A DNA stretch of 63,230 nucleotides, counting the filler, from Octopus bimaculoides (Eukaryota): assembly GCF_001194135.2 (NCBI RefSeq). It is 6 parts of 5 records of this genome, joined end to end, with 100 filler letters (N's around TTAATTAATTAA, not from the genome) between each part and the next. Parts side by side here need not be neighbours in the genome. Positions count along the whole stretch, not along the records: positions 1 to 29,421 come from NC_068984.1; 5 more parts are not named here. One strand, given 5' to 3'. Below the pieces are notes generated by a model that did not search any database, was not told the DNA's origin, and saw only the letters and a list, made by a program, of their open reading frames with translations. Position numbers and translations under genes: made by a program. Below, in pieces: positions 1 through 11,098 of this stretch. Within the stretch, counting starts at the first letter, position 1. Every line of letters starts with the position of its first letter.

Positions 1-33
<33 letters not shown>

Positions 34-91
34 CATTATATATATTTATATTCATTTTATATGTATATATATATACACATTATATATATCT

Positions 92-150
92 CTTTTACTC
101 TTTTACACTTTTACTTGTTTCAGTCATTTGACTGCGGCCATGCTGGGGCT
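92..150 (-). mobile_element. SINE 3' tail fragment
   Basis: Reverse complement reads CCCCAGCATGGCCGCAGTCAAATGACTGAAACAAGTAAAA, the same tail as the SINE copies at 32120-32170 and 54710-54755. Confidence 0.7.
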
Positions 151-294
151 CCGCTTATATATACACATTATATATATATATTCATTATATGTATATATAC
201 ATTATATATATTTATATGTATATATGTTATATATATATATATATGTATGTATGTGTACATTATATATATATGCACATATATATGCACATATATC

Positions 295-329
<35 letters not shown>

Positions 330-335
330 TATACG

Positions 336-372
<37 letters not shown>

Positions 373-583
373 TCATGTAATGTGTGGTGATTTTATGGAA
401 AGAAGTCCCATAAGACTCATCAGTTTAGTTAAGAATTGAGAAGACAAGTTGTGAAGTATTATTTTCATATCTTCGCAAATTTACGCCTGTTAACTACCAG
501 CAAAATTTGAAGACTCAACATTAGCAATCTTTTTTGGAAACCTCCAAATTGAAGGAGGAATTTACATTCAACCTTTTTACACC

Positions 584-616
<33 letters not shown>

Positions 617-689
617 ATATACATACACACATACATTTTATACATTATGTATACACATACATTTTATATATTATACATATATATACAAT

Positions 690-2627
690 CTTTTACTCAT
701 TTACTCATTTCAGCCATGCAGCCATGGTCATGCTGGAGCACTGCCATGGTCTTGCTGACTTCCTCGGTCTGGGTGTTTTACATCACCACTTCTGTATGTG
801 CCTTTGTCCCAGCTGTTGGCACATTTGGTGTGTAATGGAGTTTGATTCTGCTGTCCTCGTCTGTACCTCATGTTGGGCTGTTGGTTCATCTGGTATTGTG
901 GAGAGGAGGATGTCTAGTTGAAGACATCTGCTTCTACCTTATGCAACTTTCTTAATTTTTGTGGCAGGGCATTGAAGATCTGTGGGCCTTTGAACCCTAG
1001 ACTATTGCAATACCTGCTCCTGAATCTAGATGTAGTGGGTGATACTTTTGGTACAATACAATGGCAGCCAGTTCTGGAATTTGTATAACACTCAATGCCA
1101 AAGTTAGGTACTAGCCCTTCTAGGATTTTCCATATGTATATTATTGCATATCTCTCATGTCTTCACTCCAGGAAGTAAAGCTGTAGTTTTTTCAGCCTGT
1201 CTCTTTAGCTCATCCACTGCACTGTTTCAATCTTTTTAGTGTAGTGGCATTGGACTGCTTCAAGCTCCACTGTTAGTTTGGTACTACGTGGTGACCATAA
1301 CTGGGAGCAGTAGTCCAGGCAGCTGAGAACAAAGGTTCTCCACAGGGTCAACATAGTTTCTTGGTCTCTTGTCTTGAAGGATCTCAGTATCCCTCCTGCC
1401 AGTTGTCTGCACTTTGCTGCCATCTTGCTTATGTGCATATGAAATGATGCGTGATTGTACATACTGATCCCCAAGTCTCCCACTGCCTGTGACTCTGGGA
1501 TTGTAGTGCCTTCAGTTCCTGTAAATGTAGATTGTACTGTACTTGTGAGTTGATAGTGCACTGCTTGAAAATTTACAGCATTAAACTGCATGTTTATTTT
1601 GGCCCGCTTGTATATTGAGTTTAAGTCCTGTTGTAAGCTTGTGACATCATCTTGGTTTTTTTATTGCCTGTGATAATTTTGTATCATCAGCATAACTAGT
1701 GACAGTGGTTGTCCGAGTGACTGTGGGCATGTGTAAGAGGGCTATTATGAACAGTAATAGCCCCAGAACAGTTCCCTGGGAACACCACTTAGGATTTGAG
1801 TTTCCTCAGAAAGGGCGCCATTAGCTGCAACTACCTGACTTCTGTTTTTAAGGAAGTCATGCAGCTACTTTCCCAGTTTACCAACAATGCTAAGGTCTCA
1901 TAGCTTATGACTTATTATGCCATGATCTACCTTACCAAATGCCTTTGTGTAGTCAAGGTATATCATGCTGACATCTGAATGATCCAGCTGTTGTCTCATA
2001 GTGCTGTAGGAGCTGTGTGAGGCAGCTTCTTCCTGGATGGAAGCCATGCTGAGTATTGTTCAGTAGGTCATTATCATCATTATCAACTTCTTTCTGATGA
2101 TTTGCTCCATGACTTTACTGATATGTGAAGTCAGAGAGATTAGCCTGTATTTTTTGGCCTCTGTTCTGCTTCCACCTATGTGGATAGGGCATATAATACC
2201 TTCTTTCAGCTTTTTAGGAAGTATACCACTTGCAAGGAAACTTTGGAAAAGTATCTGAAGTGGTTTTGCTAAAGCCTGCTTACATGACTTTAGGAGAATA
2301 GCTGGGAAGCCATCAGGAACAGTGGCAGAGCATGAGCTCATTTCATCTATGGCTGCTCTTACATCTGTTTTCTCGGTGTTGATGTAATCAATGGCTGGCA
2401 CTTCCTTTTTTAGAGCTGAATTCAACTGGATTACTTATCGGCATGTGTCTAAGTGGGGAAGTGAAGACACTTTTAAATTGTTTACTGAGTATCTCACTCA
2501 TCCTTCCTGGGTCTTCCATCAGTGAGTCATTCCCTTGGAACAAGGGTCCTATTTTATATTGTATTGTGGCTGTTTCCTTTGCAAATTTATAGAAAGCTTT
2601 GGGATTTGTTTTTATGCTTTCCACAGC

Positions 2628-2668
<41 letters not shown>

Positions 2669-2840
2669 TTTCATGAGAGAGTTTGATCTTGCTTTCAGTT
2701 TCTAGGAGCATCCGTGTTAAGATAGACTTCTCTCTATCCTTCAGTTGCCTATTCAGCCGCTTTGAGATCTTTGACCTGCATCTCATAAGGATTTTTCTGT
2801 CCCTGGGAATCTAGTTTGGCAGTGCACTGGCCTTTCTTTC
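690..2840 (-). mobile_element. Decayed CR1/L2-like LINE (RT domain to 3' end), 5'-truncated
   Basis: Minus-strand ORF pieces: PDGFPAILLK...YRLISLTSHISKVME (RT N-terminus), LTLWRTFVLSCLDYCSQLWSP and LDILLSTIPDEP (RT C-terminus). Multiple stops and frameshifts; a (GA)n expansion at ~2632-2662. Confidence 0.9.
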
Positions 2841-3176
2841 TGAGATGTATTTAGTGCATATAGCTTGCACTGTTGACATAAACTGGCTAAGTTTCAGATA
2901 TTGTATATATAGATATATTCATATATNNNNNNNNNNNNNNNNNNNNNNNNNNNNNNNNNNNNNNNNNNNNNNNNNNNNNNNNNNNNNNNNNNNNNNNNNN
3001 NNNNNNNNNNNNNNNNNNNNNNNNNNNNNNNNNNNNNNNNNNNNNNNNNNNNNNNNNNNNNNNNNNNNNNNNNNNNNNNNNNNNNNNNNNNNNNNNNNNN
3101 NNNNNNNNNNNNNNNNNNNNNNNNNNNNNNNNNNNNNNNNNNNNNNNNNNNNNNNNNNNNNNNNNNNNNNNNNNNN

Positions 3177-3211
<35 letters not shown>

Positions 3212-3989
3212 TATGTATGTATATCTGCCTGTATGGAATATGTGAAATGTACCCATGTATACAAATATCATAAGGATAAATATACGTACATGTAGATGAA
3301 TGTAATGGTTAGTGGAAAATGCATATGTTTGCGAATATGCTTGTGTGTGTATGTGTGTGTGTGTATATATGCATGTGAGGGTGAGTGTATATACACATAT
3401 ATGTGTGAATGTGTGTGTGTGTATATATGTACACACATACACATACACACATATATACATACATATATATTATATCTACATACACATATTTATATATATA
3501 TATGTGTGTGTGTGTGTACATATAGACATATATTCATACATATACATGTATATATGATCCCGTGCTCCTTGTTTGTATCCAAACAAAATCTACACAGAAA
3601 CAATCATATTTATACCTCTTCTCCACCACCACTACCATCACCAAATTGAATCTTGTTGCTTCTGTCTTTATATGCAGTAGTGATGCAAGCATTTGTTCAC
3701 GCAGCATACTTAAACATTGTTTTGAACTCTTCCATTTCATAGAACTGTATAAAACCTTACCTACTCCCCGACTATGGAGCTATGGTAATCAATTCGTCAT
3801 CATCATCATCATCTACGTCATCATTATTGTTGTTGTTTTTGTTATTATTATTATTATTATTAAATCTGCTGCAGGAATCATTACTGCTATGTAGTATGTT
3901 TTTTTGTTTCAAGTTTTCAGCTCTGTTTTATCCTTGGGTGGAACAAGACAAATAAAAACAACAACAAAAACAAAGTAAACTTGTTGGGT

Positions 3990-4270
3990 TTTTTGTGTTT
4001 TGTGTTTTTGGCAGGGTGGGATTTGTCTTTGATCTGAAGGAAGTGGTTATAACCAGAGCCTTCATAGACCTTTTGGTAACATAAGTATATCAATATCAAT
4101 GAGGTCAGCATTTCTTTTAAACATCTGCAACTTAGCAGCTTCTGTAAAGGCGTCTACTGAAAGGGAATTCCAGAGGGTGATGTTCTGTGGAGGAAGAACT
4201 AAATATAACGCTTTGTGCCTAGCCTGAGGTAGTGAGAAAAGTATTTGGGAGAGGATGAGTGTGTTAAGCA
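3990..4270 (-). mobile_element. LINE 3'-end fragment (CR1/L2-like)
   Basis: Translation PQNITLWNSLSVDAFTEAAKLQMFKR resembles the C-terminal LWNSLP...SFK motif of CR1/L2 ORF2. Confidence 0.55.
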
Positions 4271-6224
4271 TAATAATAGCTGTAGAAAAAGCAGAGAGTA
4301 CAACACATAGAGTGGAGCATTTTGATGAGTAACTGTTTGCCAGTCAGTTGAATGTCTGGTTGGGGGGGGGGGGCAATAGCACTTTCCAAGATGTGATGCT
4401 GGACAGTGGCTCTTTCTTGTGGCTCTCACTTGAGATTTTTCAAGAGTTAATTGTTGAAGACAACTATTTTCTGGCTCTTAAAAGGAAGGTCAGTGTACTG
4501 TATAAAATCTCATAAATATATAATATTTGGGTTTTCCTTACGCTCTCTAAAGAAATTGCAGATAAAACAGAGGTTAACATTTTGACAGTTCACAAGGAAG
4601 TGCTATTTACAGGGGTTTTTTTCTCTTCTTAGAAATGAAAATTTTTTAACCAGGTAAAATAATTATATTTTAAACAAATTTAAAAACATTTCTTGTTGGT
4701 GTTAAAATATAAATATAAATATAAATATAAATATAAATACAAATATTCAAAAAGGGAGCATATTCTGATAAAATATCGCTTGAGCCATAAATGGATTGAG
4801 AGCTACTGATATTAAAAGTCAGAATTTTATTTTATTATTCTACACACTGAGGAAATGCTTAATATTTTTTTTTTAAATCGTTTCTTTGTTGTTGTTTAAT
4901 TTCAGGTTAGTCCCGATTGGTGAGGCAGTATAGTTAAAAGTGACCATACTGTTTTAGCATGAATCACATTGTCCGATGTATATTTCTTTATTTAAGGCAC
5001 CAGGGCTGATCTGAGTGAGATTTAAACTGTTGTTTCTAACAAGTCGAGTTTAGTAGAATTTTATACATGATCCCATAAAGTTTTTTTTTTCTTTTTTTCA
5101 TTAAGTGAGTCTATTGTTAAAGTCTCTGTTGCAGATTTTTATTAGAAAATCAATCTTAACTTAAAGGAAAGCTCATATCTATTTATACCTTTTAAAATTG
5201 TTTACCAGCGATTATCAGTTTATATTTTCTCAATAATGAAACTGGAGTTTGTAGTTTCCAGGGAGGTAATTAATTTTGCATAAATAGCTGATAGTTATTT
5301 CCCTTTGATTATAATTTTTTTTTTTTCGTTTTCCTTAAGTTAGTCACCATTTCATTTTTACAGATACCTGAAGAATGCATTAAATTTTGTGCACAATCTG
5401 ATTTTCCTAATATTGCATTTCTTCATCTGACAAGAGATTGTAAATGTCTGTCTCCTATACAAAGACAAAGAGAAAGCATTTTTGGAAAGGTTTCACTGGA
5501 ATTTGTAACTAACATCATATCACAACACTTTATTCAAACAGTACCTTTCATACCACCTATTGCTATTCTTCTTTATAGAAGTCTCTCTTGTTTCCCTTCC
5601 ACACATTACCTGTATGGGTTTGTTACCTGATCGTTCTCAGATATTGCCACTTTTTAGTTCAATCTTAGCAACAATGTAACCATGTGTACAAATCAAACAC
5701 AAGGTTTATATCTTTAGATTCTCTCCTGAAATATTTTCTTCAAACTGGCTGCAAAAAATATATCATTCCCTGGTTACTGTTCTGTTAGAATTATGTATGT
5801 CTTAAACTTGATGGCCATCTAATGGACAAGAAGTATGGAGCACTTCTTTTCAATGAATTTTTTTCTCTTATTCCTATAAGAATGGAAAAGTTTGTAGATA
5901 CTGTAAAATACTGACTACACTTGTAATTGCCTACATCCAGTTTTGAGAACAAATCCTGTGTGGATCAAATTTGTCTTTTATCCCATCAAATCAATAAAAT
6001 ATGTATTTATAATATATTGGTTGTTGATTCAATCTTATAAATTTGTGGTCTGTTGCCAATTTTAGTATCATTCCCTAACAAAGACCTGGGAAATAATACT
6101 TGTGGTAGATGTCAAGATTGCGTACTAGAAATATATTTTTAAATGTATTTTGTTTTGTTTTTAGTTTAAAGGAAAGGGTTGTACCTTTTCAGAGTTCTTG
6201 AGTTTTGGTGAAATTGACACATTA

Positions 6225-6450
6225 GTATTCTTGGTGAACTGTCAATGACCACAGAGTTAGGGTTCCAGAGAACTGATGTTGGGAGAAAGAACTAGGCATA
6301 GTGAGTAGTGTGGAGCCCAGGGAACTGGAGATGGTAAAGATGAAAAGAGGAAGTAAGATGCGTGAATCAAATGTGTCTGAGTGCAGATAGCATGAGATCA
6401 GCCAGCTCTGAGGAGTGCAAGCTACTGTAGCAGTGGTGGAACAATAGAAA
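6225..6450 (-). mobile_element. Old LINE 3'-end fragment
   Basis: Minus frame LFHHCYSSLHSSELADLM...FFLPTSVLWN resembles a LINE ORF2 C-terminus; interrupted by stops. Confidence 0.45.
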
Positions 6451-7335
6451 AGATTAAAATGTATTTTGTCTTTGTATATTAATTCTGTTGTTTCTTTTCT
6501 TTGCATTATTAATACAGTGCAAAACAATTAATTATTGAAATCTGTTTGATAATTTGGGTAATCACTTTACTTTGTTAATATTATCTGATTATATGTCCTC
6601 TTTAGATTACTGGATGATTTGCTGCTATTTAAAGTCTGCTCAATGTGTATGTGTTTGCACTCCATATTTTATTTTTAATATACAGAGGTACACACACATA
6701 CACAGAAAATGACTGTCACATCAGAAAAGATACATAAAGAGAGTAATATATACTAGACGAGCAAATCATCCAGTTATCTGAAAGAGATAAACACTGGGAC
6801 ATTTAATAGAATAATATAAATGAAGCAATCTGATTACCCATTTAGATTTCAAATAATTTTTTTTTACACTGTATTGCTAATACAAAGAAAAGAAACAACA
6901 GAATTAATATGAAGACAATATATATATTTTTATAGAGCAAGATGATGGAACAGCATATGTTACAATCAAATAAAAGAAAAATTAAGTACAGAGAACAGGT
7001 AAAATGTATCAGCCAAGAAAGAAAGTAAACAGGATTATCAATCTCTTCTCATTAGCTGTTGACTGAAGATCATAAAGATTTCAGCACATTTTAATGAGAT
7101 TGCTGTGTGTGTATGACTGTCTTTGTGTGACTGAGTTCATATTTTCTTGTTAAAGCATGATCATTTACTGATTGTAAACAGTGGCTTTGCTAATGGTGTT
7201 ATTTGCTTGCATTCTACCATGAAAGCATGTTTGTAGTGAAACTACCTACCGCCATTAGATACAAAACTGTTATCACCATTCTTCTCATTTAAATATAAAC
7301 AAACGCAAACGTAGGGGAAAACATTAACCTTGTCA

Positions 7336-7512
7336 TCACGTGACTGATCATTATTCGAATCGGCAACTTCTTCGAACCGTTCCCGCCAGAACGCAAACTG
7401 ACCAATCACGGCCCCTAATAAGGTCACGTGATAGAGTATATTTCTACCATCTGGTGAGCCAATAATTTGTTATAAATAGCTTTAACTCGGCGGCCAAATT
7501 GGTCTCGGTCCA
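7336..7512 (+). promoter_or_regulatory. Pol II promoter of unit A
   Basis: TCACGTGA at 7336-7343 and 7424-7431; CCAAT at 7402-7406 and 7459-7463; TATAAATA at 7471-7478; initiator-like CCAGTT at 7510-7515. Locally CpG-rich in an AT-rich background. Motif order is conserved with the inverted unit at 25580-25760. Confidence 0.7.
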
Positions 7513-7638
7513 GTTTCTCTTTGAGAACTGTTCCGTGTACCACACGACAGCAGCAGCAGCCAGCGACCACTTCAGCAGCTTCGTCCAGCCACGATGACCT
7601 CCGCCGTCGCCATATCAGCAACAAGAGTCTACGACTAC
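7500..7638 (+). other. Putative first exon of unit A (runs into a gap); first ATG at 7594 (MTSAVAISATRVYDY...)
   Basis: GC-richer sequence directly downstream of the promoter, with CCACG-ATG-A at 7594. The rest is hidden by N at 7639-7991, so coding status is unknown. Confidence 0.4.
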
Positions 7639-8294
7639 NNNNNNNNNNNNNNNNNNNNNNNNNNNNNNNNNNNNNNNNNNNNNNNNNNNNNNNNNNNNNN
7701 NNNNNNNNNNNNNNNNNNNNNNNNNNNNNNNNNNNNNNNNNNNNNNNNNNNNNNNNNNNNNNNNNNNNNNNNNNNNNNNNNNNNNNNNNNNNNNNNNNNN
7801 NNNNNNNNNNNNNNNNNNNNNNNNNNNNNNNNNNNNNNNNNNNNNNNNNNNNNNNNNNNNNNNNNNNNNNNNNNNNNNNNNNNNNNNNNNNNNNNNNNNN
7901 NNNNNNNNNNNNNNNNNNNNNNNNNNNNNNNNNNNNNNNNNNNNNNNNNNNNNNNNNNNNNNNNNNNNNNNNNNNNNNNNNNNNNNNNNNNCACATACAG
8001 AACTTTTCCTATAGTGTACTAACGATCTGGTATAATTGCTCACGTGTTATTGACTCTCTTCCTATCTGCTGTAATATTTCTCATACACACATGTATCACT
8101 CACATACACACTTTTCTTTGTATGACGGCCTGTCTTTGATTATGTTCTTATATGTCGCATTCACACTCTCACACAGACATACATCTTTAACGCCACAATA
8201 AATATCTCTGTTATTCATCTTATACGGTTGTGGTCTTTCATTGCTGGTCATCTATGTTATCGTCGCATAACATATCATCTATATCATCTTCGAT

Positions 8295-8400
8295 ATATAA
8301 TTGTGTGTTCGACCGTGTGACACATTTAAATAAAAGGAGTCCTCTGTTTTTCCATTCGTCACCATTGCTCCTTTTTGAGTTCGCACGGTCGTCCCTTACA
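8295..8400 (+). ncRNA. Conserved hairpin of unit A (candidate structured RNA element)
   Basis: CGACCGTGTGA (8310-8320) pairs with TCGCACGGTCG (8381-8391), with one G-U pair. AAAAGGAG (8332-8339) pairs with CTCCTTTT (8368-8375). Homologous to 24706-24803 on the minus strand. Confidence 0.45.
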
Positions 8401-10777
8401 TGTTCAAGCATTTTGACTCACTTTGACATGTTTCACTATCTTTGTAAACAAGGGGATCATTCATCCAGTGATTTGTTTCCAATTCTCCTCATAAATATGC
8501 CCAAGCTATTTGTTGGTTGAGAGACTGGGAGATTATCTCATTTGGAAACATGTGCTGTAGGCTGTAAAAGCTTCCTCTAGCTTGGCTTCTGGTTTTTCTG
8601 CATCTTGCTGGGCTTTGCTCAGCTTTAAGTGTAGAGCCAACACCATTCTCTATAAATACAATGGCATAAAACTTGCCACATCACAATCAGCCTCATTTTT
8701 GTCACCCTTGTTGCAGCATCTCCCTCACCACTAAATAGTTTTATCGCTTCCTTGCCCAACATATTTTCTTGGTTAAAATGGCTTGAGTGGAAATAGGTGA
8801 ACAGCAGAAAATTATTTAATCCTTTCCTTAGCCATGGTTCTTCAACATCAAGACTCTATGGAGCTTGTGTAGAAGAAAGCACAGGGTTCCATCATGAACA
8901 AGTGGATTAAATGGACGTCTATCTACAGTTATGGAAAAATCACTCTGCCTGCCTTACTCATGTGAATTTACGCCTTCCAGTTCAAAGGTACTTTCTGCAA
9001 ACCTCCTCCAACAGCTACTTCTGTTCATCATCCTAGCTGGCTACCTCCACTTGCTATCTCAGCTCACAACATCACTGACTGAACCATATCTGGAGTTGCT
9101 TGCCAAATTGGTTCTTGTGCTAGTTTTCTTCTTCTCATCACATGGGTAATTATAACTTTAATTGAAATTTTGGAGTTTTTGCCCCTATGTGTCCTAAACA
9201 GATTCAACCATTGAGACAGTGCTTTCTTTTCACTTCAACAAGAGGCTTGATTAATTAAAAGATTCTGCTCACTAATTTAACTATGATTACACTTTCAGTA
9301 TTCAACAGTTGCTTTCACTCCTCTGTATGACAAATGTAAACAGAGAGACAAAATACATATAGACATAATCTTTATTCATAATCCACACTGTCTTGGTACT
9401 CATATAATTGCAGAGCCATATGTATTCTATTTATTATGTAAATTAATTGTGTCAAGAACAGTTTCTTTTCTGTTTTAATAAATAACCTTCAAATACTTCA
9501 TTTCAAACATTTTGTGGAAAGGAAGTAAACAAGCCCTTGCGAGCAATAGAGACATGAAACTGACTCATCCCAAATGCCAAAAAGGCCCTTATGTGTCTAA
9601 TTTTTCAGGGAAAATAAATACATATGGATACAGCTACTTCTATTTATTTATTTATAATCTACAGCTTGATTCTAATTGATTTCATAAAGTAAAAATGAAA
9701 TTCCTTTTAATTTTTCTTTTTATATAAATTATTGAATGACTCTGGAATAAGAAGATTATTAAGAAATACTCTATAAACTTTGTCAAAATATTCACCTAGG
9801 TTACTCTCAATATTACTTTGTTTCAGTATTTCCTGGTTTTGAGTTGAAATAGTTTGCTTCCAATATTGTATCAATTTGTTTAAACAATTATCTCAAATAC
9901 TTAGTTTTTATATCATTTATCATAGATGTCAGACTAAGTTAACTTTGCAATATTACTGAATATAATCACTGCCATGATGTTTTATCTGTATATTCATTAT
10001 TTCTTTAAATACATGTACAGTAGTTAACATTATATCATGTTTCAAAACAATACATTATGAATAAGTAAAATCATGTTTAAATAATATACAACAGATTAAA
10101 ATATAGAGTACAATTCCTTAATTTCCAATTCTGAAATAACTACACAATGACTTAATTTAGTTAAACATCTATATTTATCCAACACCCTATTGGAAAAATT
10201 ATATATCATACCAAAGAGCTTATACATTAATCCTTTGTAAGAAAACCTAGCATTGCTCTAAAATATTTTTGAGAGTTATAGCTCCTAGAAAAACAGTTGT
10301 TGTAACAGCTGAAGAACTGTGATCTAGATCTACCTAGATCCCATTCTACTGATATATTTTTGATATTAATTGATGTATATAATCTGAGAGAGTATGTTTC
10401 ATATTGGTGGGATTTGAACTCTGAATGTAAGTGAAATAACTATTATTGCAAAGCATTTTGTTCATAATGTTTGCCAATCTGAAATATATTACTCTATAAT
10501 TACTTTGATTAGATGTCAATAACTTAATTATAATTTTCAAAAGAAAGGATACAGAGACAATTACTTAATTTCATTTTTAATATGAAACAATTTTGATAAA
10601 ATCTACATTTAACTTTTATTACATACAATTTAAGAAACTTTGTAAAAGAAAGAAAACTTGAAGATAATGTAATATATGAGAAAGGTTTATTTATTCCAAT
10701 ATTTCTATTGTCCAGATAAATAAAATATAATTACAATATTCCATAGAATATCATCCTTACCATTACAAAAATATAAT

Positions 10778-11098
10778 TTAAAAGATAATGTCAAGCTGTT
10801 CATCATGACCTACAGGATTCCCACAGTGATCACAACAAACTCCATTTTGACAATGAGTTTTGCTCAAATGATGCAGAGGAATAGGGTAAAGACGACACTC
10901 AGGTAAACATGAGGTACATATTAATGCCATTCTAATCTCTTCTGGACGATATATTTCACCACAATAGCCACAGACATAAAGTGAGAATGTCAAATGCTCA
11001 TCACTGCTTCTGACTCTGTAACACCTTGTACAAAATTCTCGTTGATGCATTGACAGCAAACCTGGAGGACGACAACACCTAAGAGAATAATCTTCCAT
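10778..11098 (-). CDS. Uncharacterised 106-aa Cys/His-rich protein with four CxxC motifs (probable zinc-binding), in a terminal exon
   Basis: Intact ATG-to-TAA ORF with TCAAA-ATG context; 13 Cys and 7 His; CxxC at residues 23-26, 43-46, 61-64 and 89-92. Upstream acceptor has a CTAAC branch point (11180-11184), a T-rich tract and TAG, so the exon starts at 11151. AATAAA on the minus strand at 10686-10695. Confidence 0.6.
   Translation of the reverse strand: MEDYSLRCCRPPGLLSMHQREFCTRCYRVRSSDEHLTFSLYVCGYCGEIYRPEEIRMALICTSCLPECRLYPIPLHHLSKTHCQNGVCCDHCGNPVGHDEQLDIIF

Noticed and set aside
61-439. ORFs rich in Y/I/H/T/C/V (here and at 2845-3650, 44427-44780, 45559-45902, 49895-50283, 55543-55959, 59910-63142)
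   Set aside because: Translations of (AT)n, (CA)n and (GT)n microsatellites, often extended through N gaps.
7242-7638. Minus-strand ORFs across promoter A
   Set aside because: They start at non-ATG codons or in the gap and overlap motifs whose orientation and paralogy indicate plus-strand transcription.
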